Assembly (NCBI GenBank): GCA_043814055.1
Contig: JBDRKL010000004.1
Location: forward strand, 32,001-96,000
Source: an archaeon
Lineage (GTDB): Archaea > Undinarchaeota > Undinarchaeia > Undinarchaeales > JBDRKL01
Direction: 5' to 3'
DNA: 64,000 nt
The notes beneath the pieces are model-generated. The model saw only the letters and a program-made list of their open reading frames with translations, did no database searches and was not told the DNA's origin. Within the stretch, counting starts at the first letter, position 1. Every line of letters starts with the position of its first letter. Positions 56,602 to 64,000 of this stretch are shown one piece after another. Both the position numbers and the translations under genes were made by a program.

Positions 56602-57349
56602 CCTGAAGCTTTCTTCCAGGTTGGATCAGAACTTTTTATACGATTCTGAAATTCTTAAGCGCGAGGTTGAATACGCTGAGCTTTCAGCAGACGATGTTGT
56701 GCTTGAAATTGGGCCTGGAGTCGGAACTCTCACTGAGGAAATTCTGAAGAAAACAAAAAATGTCACAGTGATTGAAAAGGACGCAAAGTTCAAGCATATT
56801 CTTGAAAAGCTCGGTTGTAAAGTGATAATCGCGGACGCTATGGAAGTTGAATGGCCCATGTGCAGCAAGATTATCTCAAACCTTCCATACTCAATCTCAA
56901 GCCCATTAACTTTTAAAATCCTTGCGCAGGACATTGAACTCGCAGTGCTTTGCTACCAGAAGGAATTCGCGCGGAGAATGTCCGCGCGGCAGGGCGCAAA
57001 GGGCTACTCGCGGCTCAGCGTGAACTGCTACCTCCGCGCGGTTGTTGAGCTCAAGGAAGACATTCCAAAAGAGAAATACTTCCCAATTCCAAAGGTTGAT
57101 TCCACAATTGTTAAATTAATTCCAAAAAGTGGCACAGTGCCGGAGCATTTTGACAGCATTTGCCGCGCGTTATTCCAGCACAAGAACAAGAAAGTACGCA
57201 ACGCGCTGATGGATTCTGCGCACGAGATTGACAGCGACAAGGAAAAAGTCAAGGCCTGGGCTGAAGGGCTTTGGGAAATAAAAGACAGGAAAGTTACACA
57301 GCTCACGCCTGAAGAAGTTGTGGCGCTTGCTGGAAGTTGGACTAGTTAG
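56561..57349 (+). CDS. rsmA: 16S rRNA m6,2A dimethyltransferase KsgA/Dim1
   Basis: QNFL, VLEIGPG.G, SNLPYSISSP, PKVDS; start position uncertain. Confidence 0.93.
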   Translation: MELNQLKTLLNQNNLKLSSRLDQNFLYDSEILKREVEYAELSADDVVLEIGPGVGTLTEEILKKTKNVTVIEKDAKFKHILEKLGCKVIIADAMEVEWPMCSKIISNLPYSISSPLTFKILAQDIELAVLCYQKEFARRMSARQGAKGYSRLSVNCYLRAVVELKEDIPKEKYFPIPKVDSTIVKLIPKSGTVPEHFDSICRALFQHKNKKVRNALMDSAHEIDSDKEKVKAWAEGLWEIKDRKVTQLTPEEVVALAGSWTS

Positions 57350-57388
57350 TGGAGAAAATATTTAACGAACCCAAACCATACTACAGTT

Positions 57389-57922
57389 ATGGAACTGCCA
57401 AAGCTGAAAGAATGCAGGGGTTGTGATAAGCATTGCTGCAGGGGTGGCGCACTTGTAACTCTGGCGGATGCTGAGCGGGTGCGCTCCGCAGCATGCAAAT
57501 TATTTGGGGAAGAACTACTTCTTAAAGACATAGTCAACTGGGGGTGGTACAGGCCTCAGCTTGAGATAAAGACGCGCAAACAGAGTAAGCTTGTTGAGGA
57601 AAAGGACCGCTATTGCCTCTTCTTCTCCAAAGGCAGGTGCAGAATATACAAGGAAAAGCCGCTTTCGTGCAGCCTTTTTCCTTTCATAGTGAATGAAAGC
57701 GTCAGTGTATCCCTGAGATGTCCTGCACGGAAATCTGCGAAAAAACTGCTCTCTCGCGGAGAATACCGGGCAAACGTGGAGCGCGTTGGGGGTATAATTA
57801 AGGCAGAGTACGCCAAGAGTGTGGGGCTCTTCAGCAGTATGAAGGGCAGGATAACGCTTGAACGGCTTGACAGGCTCAGAGCGAAGGATGAGCTGGCATA
57901 CCTGAAGAGAATTATGGTTTAG
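57389..57922 (+). CDS. YkgJ-family Cys-cluster protein
   Basis: CRGC..CC, CLFF...CRIY..KPLSC..FPF. Confidence 0.85.
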   Translation: MELPKLKECRGCDKHCCRGGALVTLADAERVRSAACKLFGEELLLKDIVNWGWYRPQLEIKTRKQSKLVEEKDRYCLFFSKGRCRIYKEKPLSCSLFPFIVNESVSVSLRCPARKSAKKLLSRGEYRANVERVGGIIKAEYAKSVGLFSSMKGRITLERLDRLRAKDELAYLKRIMV

Positions 57923-58000
57923 GTTTTTTGGCAGTAGGACAGGAAAGTCATATCACTGAGCCCTGAGGAAATCATAACGCTTTCTGAGTCATTTTAGTTA

Positions 58001-58028
58001 TTTCGAAAATTTCCGAAAAGTATATAAA
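58001..58028 (+). promoter_or_regulatory. Palindromic operator adjoining the TATA box of the regulator/ABC operon
   Basis: TTTCGAAAATTTCCGAAA followed by TATATAAA, ~25 nt before the ATG. Confidence 0.6.
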
Positions 58029-58050
58029 TCACTATTTTCTACCTCTGCGC

Positions 58051-58542
58051 ATGGGAGAAAAGGAAGAGCTTGCTAACCTAAAGAAGGATGTAATCAACAT
58101 ATACTCCACAATCCCTGAAATGATGGGGATTAACCGCGCGCTTGGCGTTATATGGGCTACACTAGCTTTTGAGGGTTCATTGACGATGGCAGAGCTCTCG
58201 GAAAAAACCGGCTACTCGCTTTCAACTCTTAGCCCATACCTGAAAACGCTTGATTTAATTGGCCGCATAGAGATCCGCAAGGAGGGCAAAGTAACAAAGT
58301 ACCAGGCTTTGACTTCTATGCGCGAGATTATGGACAAAATGATGGCGTCAATTCAGCTGAAATTCTCAACCTGCATAGCTGCACTGAAACAGGCAGAAGC
58401 GCATCTCAATACAATGAAGAAAACCGAAGATGTTAAAAATACGCTTGAAGTAGTACGAAAGCTAAGAGAGGAGCAGGAAGGATGTTTTGATCATATGATG
58501 AAAAATCTTTCAAAAATGCCAGAGGGATCAATAAATGGCTAA
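58051..58542 (+). CDS. GbsR/MarR-family transcriptional regulator
   Basis: LTMAELSEKTGYSLSTLSPYLKTL. Confidence 0.85.
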   Translation: MGEKEELANLKKDVINIYSTIPEMMGINRALGVIWATLAFEGSLTMAELSEKTGYSLSTLSPYLKTLDLIGRIEIRKEGKVTKYQALTSMREIMDKMMASIQLKFSTCIAALKQAEAHLNTMKKTEDVKNTLEVVRKLREEQEGCFDHMMKNLSKMPEGSING

Positions 58543-59230
58543 GGAAAACATGTTTGAAATAAAGGACGTCTGCAAGACCTACATGATGGGTGATGTTGAG
58601 ACCCGCGCAGTATGCAACGTGTCTGTAAATATCACGAAGGGCGATTACACAGCAATAGTCGGCGCCAGCGGCTCAGGCAAGAGCACGCTGATGCACATGA
58701 TTGGCTGCCTTGACACCCCAACCAGCGGAACCATACTCGTGGACGGCATTGACATCTCTGAAATGACCGAGGATGAACTAGCGCTGGTCCGCAGGGACAA
58801 AATCGGCTTTGTCTTCCAGTCATATAATCTTATAACAAGCTTCTCTGCGATAGAAAATGTCGCGCTCCCGCTCAGGTTCGCAGGAACCTCACGAGAAGCG
58901 GCTAACGCAAGGGCAGAAGATCTCCTTGAGAGTGTCGGTCTCGGCCACAGGATGAAGCACAGGCCGAACGAGATGTCCGGCGGGGAGCAGCAACGCGTTG
59001 CAATCGCCCGCGCAATAGTGAACGACCCTGATGTAATTCTCGCGGACGAGCCAACGGGAAACCTTGACTCAACAGTCGGGGCTCAAATTTTTGACCTTCT
59101 AGAGAACCTGAACAAGAAAGAAAAGAAGACATTAATCATAGTCACGCACGACGTGCACTTGGCCGAACGAATAGACAAGCAAATACGCCTAAAGGACGGT
59201 CAAATCATAAACAAGGGGGTTTCTATATGA
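58535..59230 (+). CDS. ABC transporter ATPase (LolD/MacB type)
   Basis: [28 protein letters not shown]. Confidence 0.95.
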   Translation: MAKENMFEIKDVCKTYMMGDVETRAVCNVSVNITKGDYTAIVGASGSGKSTLMHMIGCLDTPTSGTILVDGIDISEMTEDELALVRRDKIGFVFQSYNLITSFSAIENVALPLRFAGTSREAANARAEDLLESVGLGHRMKHRPNEMSGGEQQRVAIARAIVNDPDVILADEPTGNLDSTVGAQIFDLLENLNKKEKKTLIIVTHDVHLAERIDKQIRLKDGQIINKGVSI

Positions 59231-60378
59231 AGAAATTTTTGGTTTTAGCAATTGCATTAATGATGCTGGTGTCGGTAAGCGCTGTTTCAGCAGCCGAGGC
59301 TGACCTTAGGTTGTCCGGAGAAATTCCGGACGGCGCAGTCCAGCCAGGGGACAGTTTTACCCTGCGTTTGGTCTTTGATAACATTGGCACAACCGGAGCC
59401 ACGAGCATTGACTATGAGATAATTGCCGGCTCTGCCATATCTGGGTATTCAACTGGGCACAGTGAAATCGGCGGCGTCCCTGCGGGAGAATCTCGAATAG
59501 TTAAAGTGCCGCTTACAGTTGCAAGCGATGCGAGCACTGGCGCCCACCCGCTAACCGTCAAGGTTAGGTACGGCGGCGGTTCAAACTCGCCGTTACAGGA
59601 AGAGTTCACTGTGCAGGTTGGCAACCGTGCTGACTTATATCTGCAGAACATCTGGCTTGAGCCCGAAGTTTTTGAGCCAGGTTCAGATGTAACACTTTAC
59701 GCAAGCTTCAAGAACGTTGGCGAGGACGCTGCAAGAAAAGTCTCTGCAGTGATTGTGGCGAACTCAACTGACATAAAGCCAGTCCTATCCGGCGGCGAGG
59801 CGTATGTGGACATAATAGGCAAGGGTAGCACAAAGGCGCTTCCTTTCACAATAGCTGCAGAGAGTGGAACCAGCACCGGAATGTACGATGCCACCATAAC
59901 CGTGAACTACGAGGACTCAACAGGAGTATCAGCTAGCGAAGAGTTTGACATAGGAATTCCTGTTTCCGGAACTCCAAGCCTGGAAATCCTAAACACCAAG
60001 ATAGAAACAGGCGAGTACAAGATTGAGGTGCAGAACCTCGGAACTTCAAAGGCAAAAGCAATCAAGGTAACCCTGCGCCAGGACGGCCAGATTGTCGGCG
60101 TTGACATTGAGAACGAGATAAAAGCTGACAAGAAGAGCACTTTCCGCTTTACAGCCTACACTGCGGGTGTTGGTGAAGTGACAATGGAGTACCTTGACGA
60201 AGAGAATCGCGAATACAGCGAGACGATTCCTGTTTCAATCAGCGGCTCTGCAAGCGGAGGCTCAGGTGCCAGTGGTATAATTTTCTTCCTAATTGCTGTT
60301 GTTGAAGGAATATACATCTACAAGCTGAGAAAGAAGCTCAAGAAACAGAATAAGCAGGAAAAACAGCAGAAGAAGTAA
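59227..60378 (+). CDS. COG1361 S-layer-domain/Ig-like surface protein
   Basis: Signal peptide, repeated PG...N.G Ig-like units, C-terminal TM. Confidence 0.8.
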   Translation: MKKFLVLAIALMMLVSVSAVSAAEADLRLSGEIPDGAVQPGDSFTLRLVFDNIGTTGATSIDYEIIAGSAISGYSTGHSEIGGVPAGESRIVKVPLTVASDASTGAHPLTVKVRYGGGSNSPLQEEFTVQVGNRADLYLQNIWLEPEVFEPGSDVTLYASFKNVGEDAARKVSAVIVANSTDIKPVLSGGEAYVDIIGKGSTKALPFTIAAESGTSTGMYDATITVNYEDSTGVSASEEFDIGIPVSGTPSLEILNTKIETGEYKIEVQNLGTSKAKAIKVTLRQDGQIVGVDIENEIKADKKSTFRFTAYTAGVGEVTMEYLDEENREYSETIPVSISGSASGGSGASGIIFFLIAVVEGIYIYKLRKKLKKQNKQEKQQKK

Positions 60379-60384
60379 AACAAG

Positions 60385-61488
60385 ATGCTTGACCTTGCCC
60401 TTAGGGACCTAACCAGCCACAAGCTTAGAAGCTTTCTGACCGTCCTAGGTGTAATCATAGCAATTGCCGCCATAGTGTCCCTGGGCTCTTTCACTGCCGG
60501 AATAAACGAGCTTGTTCAGGGTCAGGCTGAGATGGTATCTGGAAAGATATTGCTCACCCAAGAGGGGGCTAGTACTATGCAAGGTCCTCCTTCTGGCGAG
60601 ATAACAACAGACGATTTGGACGAAATCCGGCAGATGGACGGTGTTGACGCTGTTGCAGGTCTATTTCTCAAGCAGTCCGGCCAGCGAATGCTGGTCGGCG
60701 TTGACTTTGACAATATGGAACTCCTTGAGATGGACGAGATAAAAATGGAGGAGGGGGATTGGCCAGAGGCTGGAGATTACAAAATTGCTGTTGGCCACAC
60801 GGTTTCTGAAACCTCCAATCTTGGAATAGGAGACACGGTCAAGTTTGAGGATACCGAGCTTGAGGTCTCTGGAATTGTGGAAGAGCTCGGCACATTCATA
60901 GACCTGGGCATGATAACTTCTTTAGAAATCGCGCAGGAAGCTTTTGATGCCAAAGATGTGGTGACAATGGCTTACGTGAAGCCGAATGACATTTCAGACG
61001 TTGAGAGCATAGTTGAGGATATTGAAGAGGAGTTTTCAACAATTAACGCAGGAACAGTTGAGGAAGAGATAGAGAAGGCGCAGGAGGGGATAAGGCAGAT
61101 ACAGCTCATAACACTCAGCATCGGCTTTATCACTTCGCTCGTAGCGGCAATCGGAATCATAAACACGATGTTCATGTCAATCACTGAGAAGACCAAGCAA
61201 ATAGGCATAATGAAAGCAGTTGGCGCCAGCCACAGGGACATAATCATGGATGTTCTCCAGCAGGCGCTTCTGATGTCATTTTTCGGCGGGTTCGTTGGAG
61301 TTATGATTGGTTTAATAGGCACAGCTGGCGTGAACGCGGCAATGGGAATGCCGCTCGCGCGCGTGACTTGGTCTTTAGCGCTCTACAGTTTCTCTTACGG
61401 CGTGGTCCTTACGCTCGGCTCTGCGCTCTACCCAGCAATTAAAGCATCCAAAATTGACCCAATCAAGGCAATACAGGGTGGTGCCTGA
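60385..61488 (+). CDS. ABC permease (MacB/FtsX type)
   Basis: RSFLTVLGVIIA, GIINTMFMSITEKTKQIGIMKAVGA. Confidence 0.92.
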   Translation: MLDLALRDLTSHKLRSFLTVLGVIIAIAAIVSLGSFTAGINELVQGQAEMVSGKILLTQEGASTMQGPPSGEITTDDLDEIRQMDGVDAVAGLFLKQSGQRMLVGVDFDNMELLEMDEIKMEEGDWPEAGDYKIAVGHTVSETSNLGIGDTVKFEDTELEVSGIVEELGTFIDLGMITSLEIAQEAFDAKDVVTMAYVKPNDISDVESIVEDIEEEFSTINAGTVEEEIEKAQEGIRQIQLITLSIGFITSLVAAIGIINTMFMSITEKTKQIGIMKAVGASHRDIIMDVLQQALLMSFFGGFVGVMIGLIGTAGVNAAMGMPLARVTWSLALYSFSYGVVLTLGSALYPAIKASKIDPIKAIQGGA

Positions 61489-62600
61489 TGATTCTGGACT
61501 CTACCCGCTCCGAGCTCACGCGGAACAAAACCAGGACAATGCTCACAATAACTGGCATAGTAATTGGCATTTTGCTCATCACCACAATGGCCTCGCTCAC
61601 TGAGGGAATCAAAGTCTCGCTTGACGAAAATATGGGCTTCCTTGAGGGTACAATAACAATAGTTGAGGACGCGGAAGGTATGAGCTTTATGAATTTTGTT
61701 ATGATGAGCGAGCTGGATGAAGACATTGTTGAGGAGCTTGAGGCATATGGCGAGATTGAGCAGGTGGCGCCAGTGCTTGTTGTAACCACTAGCGAAGGTA
61801 CTGTCCAGGGTATGAACTGGGGTGATATGAATATGTTTGATGGCTTTGACATCGGTTTCCAATCCGGTGGGCCATATGAAGATGATTCCAATGAAATAAT
61901 AATTGGAAGCATGATTTACGAGAACTATGACTATGACGTTGGTGATATCATCCGATTCTCTGGCGAGAATTTTGAAATAGTTGGAGTCCTGGAATCTGTT
62001 GGGAATCCACAGGACGACAGTTCAGTGATGACCTCTGTTAAAACCGCTCAGAGAATAGGGGGCAAGGAAGGTATTCTAACTGCGGTAATGGCGAAAGTTT
62101 CCGACCCTGAGGAGGCCGAAAGCATAGCAGAGAAGATAGAAGAGGACTTTGACGATGTAATCGCGCTGGTTGACAAGGACATTCAGCGCGAAGCTGGGAA
62201 GATGCTCGCGCAGATAAACGCAATGATTTACTCAATCGGCGGCATCGCATCCATGATTTCAATAATAGTCATAATGAACGTGATGTTCATGAGCGTCCGC
62301 GAGCGCACACGCGAAATCGGAACTATGAAAGCCATCGGAGCCACAAACCGGCAGATTCTTCTTGAAATAATGGGCGAAGCAATAATCATGGGTTTCATAG
62401 GCGGCTTGATTGGGCTTGGCCTAAGTTTCCTGGCTGTAATGGCAGTGAACGCAGCGATTGGCAGCCAGATGGCGCTCATATCACCTCGGCTTGCAGCAAT
62501 GTCAATCAGCTTCGCCTGCGTCATAGGTCTTATTGGAGGCGCGCTTCCTGCGAGGCAGGCGGCCAGGCTTGACCCGATTGTGGCGCTAAGATACGAATAA
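61488..62600 (+). CDS. ABC permease (MacB/FtsX type)
   Basis: RTMLTITGIVIG, SVRERTREIGTMKAIGA, LDPIVALRYE. Confidence 0.92.
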   Translation: MILDSTRSELTRNKTRTMLTITGIVIGILLITTMASLTEGIKVSLDENMGFLEGTITIVEDAEGMSFMNFVMMSELDEDIVEELEAYGEIEQVAPVLVVTTSEGTVQGMNWGDMNMFDGFDIGFQSGGPYEDDSNEIIIGSMIYENYDYDVGDIIRFSGENFEIVGVLESVGNPQDDSSVMTSVKTAQRIGGKEGILTAVMAKVSDPEEAESIAEKIEEDFDDVIALVDKDIQREAGKMLAQINAMIYSIGGIASMISIIVIMNVMFMSVRERTREIGTMKAIGATNRQILLEIMGEAIIMGFIGGLIGLGLSFLAVMAVNAAIGSQMALISPRLAAMSISFACVIGLIGGALPARQAARLDPIVALRYE

Positions 62601-62649
62601 AAACTTATTTAAAGCGCGGTTCTCTAGCTTTCTCAAGGAGGTAATTAAA

Positions 62650-62985
62650 ATGACAGATTTACCAAATGCACCAATTAAGAGGATTATGAACAAGGCAGGC
62701 GCAGAGAGAATGTCAGCAAGCGCAGTTGTGAAAGCAGCAGAGGCAGCCGAATCATACCTTGCAGACCTTGCAAAGCAGGCACTGGACAACGCAGCAAACG
62801 ACAGGCCGGCACGCAAGACCATCATGGACAAGGACATTGACGCCGCGCGCGAAGCACTCAGGAGCGGGGCAAGCTTCTCAGCACCAGTTCCATCAGAGCC
62901 AGTTGCAGAAGAGAGCTCAGAGCCAGCAGCTGAAGCATCAGCAGAATCTTCAGAATCCGCAACAGAAGAGAGCACGAGCTTCTAA
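62650..62985 (+). CDS. Archaeal histone with acidic C-terminal tail
   Basis: LPNAPIKRIM..AGAERMS, RKTIMDKDI, then ~40-aa S/E/A/P tail. Confidence 0.9.
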   Translation: MTDLPNAPIKRIMNKAGAERMSASAVVKAAEAAESYLADLAKQALDNAANDRPARKTIMDKDIDAAREALRSGASFSAPVPSEPVAEESSEPAAEASAESSESATEESTSF

Positions 62986-63038
62986 GAAATTTTTTAATTC
63001 GGGAATTTATGCCTAGCGTGAGCTGAGGGCTTATTTTG

Positions 63039-63794
63039 CTAGTCTATTTTCCCAAGCATCCTGAGAACCCCGCCTAGCTCGCCTGCAGTCGGGGTATATG
63101 AGCGTACGCAGTCAATCGCGCAGAGCGCGCCTGTGAAGAAGGATTTCCGCAGTTCATCCATAAGTTCCTCAATTTCAAGTTTGTCCTTATCAGACCGCGT
63201 TATTGAGTGAACATATTTACGTGTGCAGTTTTTTATTTCATCAAGCATTTCAGTAGAATTGTCTGGTTTTGGGGTTTTGCCAAGTTTAGCGCCTGCCTCT
63301 TCTACCAACCCTTTAAGTTTCGTGGTTTCTGCGTTGTCCACATTTGAATCCTTCAGTATCTTTATAGCTGCAAACACTCCCCCTATAAAAAACCTGTTGT
63401 TCCTCGCGCGCCTTTTGTCTAAAAGCACGCTGATTATCGCCTCTTCTACTAGCATGAGCTTTTTGACGCCTTTCTCTGCCTTCATCTCTTCCAGCTGCTT
63501 TACCATTTCCTGATGCTTTTTTACCTCCTTCTCCCCGTCCGCAACATCAAGATAGAATGCAAGGCTGTAATGCTCACTCCTCAGTATTTTTCTCGCCTCT
63601 TCGCACGCTTTCTGGAGGCTCTCCGCTCTGCCTCTAGTTTCGCCTATCCTTTTGTCCATCTTACGGAGCTCTTCCCGTATTACTAATACCCAAGCCAGAT
63701 TCTCCTTTAGGCTCTGCTTGCTGTCAATAAATATCCTGTTCGCAATAGCATATTGGCCTTCAAGCTGCCTGAATAAGTCGCCTGCGTTGGTCAT
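63039..63794 (-). CDS. Hypothetical helical protein
   Basis: 251-aa ORF, coiled-coil character. Confidence 0.7.
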   Translation of the reverse strand: MTNAGDLFRQLEGQYAIANRIFIDSKQSLKENLAWVLVIREELRKMDKRIGETRGRAESLQKACEEARKILRSEHYSLAFYLDVADGEKEVKKHQEMVKQLEEMKAEKGVKKLMLVEEAIISVLLDKRRARNNRFFIGGVFAAIKILKDSNVDNAETTKLKGLVEEAGAKLGKTPKPDNSTEMLDEIKNCTRKYVHSITRSDKDKLEIEELMDELRKSFFTGALCAIDCVRSYTPTAGELGGVLRMLGKID

Positions 63795-63873
63795 AAATTA
63801 TACGTGTATTCCCCTGCCTATAAACTTTCCCCAAAGTTTAATTATTTGAAGAACTTATTCTTCTTTAATGAAA

Positions 63874-63992
63874 GCTCCGCCTGGCCGCGGAGGTGGGCCA
63901 CGTCGGGGGATGCTCGCTTCAGCACGCAGCTCGTGCTGAGGCATGCGCTGCGTGTCTCTGCATGCTGGCGCATGCAGATCACTCGATCCCCC
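63874..63992. other. GC-rich multi-hairpin non-coding segment (unidentified)
   Basis: GGGGGAT/ATCCCCC enclosing GCTTCAGCACG/CGTGCTGAGGC and TCTGCATGC/GCATGCAGA. Confidence 0.5.
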
Positions 63993-64000
63993 ATATTGAG

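Noticed and set aside
63860-64000. RNase P RNA, SRP RNA or tRNA
   Set aside because: AAGCTCCGCC is suggestive of RNase P P4, but the preceding GAGG and other conserved elements are missing; no cloverleaf.

Overview
Archaeal genomic window, inferred to be DPANN-like (possibly Undinarchaeota-like; not verifiable here). It is dominated by housekeeping clusters: the rpl15e-RNase P-proteasome-exosome superoperon, sepF, aCPSF1-psmB, eno-rps2-MEMO, RNase J, tdh/kbl, gltX, rpl7ae-rps28e-rpl24e-ndk, oapABC, form III RuBisCO, archease-rtcB, trkAH, rpl21e-rpo4-DUF655-rsmA, a MacB-type ABC system and a tailed histone. I saw no tRNA, rRNA, CRISPR array, integrase, transposase or reverse transcriptase. Main observations: (1) four copies of a ~75-nt covarying two-hairpin element, each ending exactly on the start codon of a core gene and enclosing its SD; (2) a DGR target gene plus template repeat with adenine-specific divergence and a 9-nt duplication, but no RT or avd nearby; (3) synonymously recoded duplicate 3' ends of aCPSF1 and archease and a duplicated rnp3 start, associated with REP-like hairpins; (4) lipoprotein islands with shuffled signal-peptide/Cys cassettes; (5) unusual chromatin proteins.
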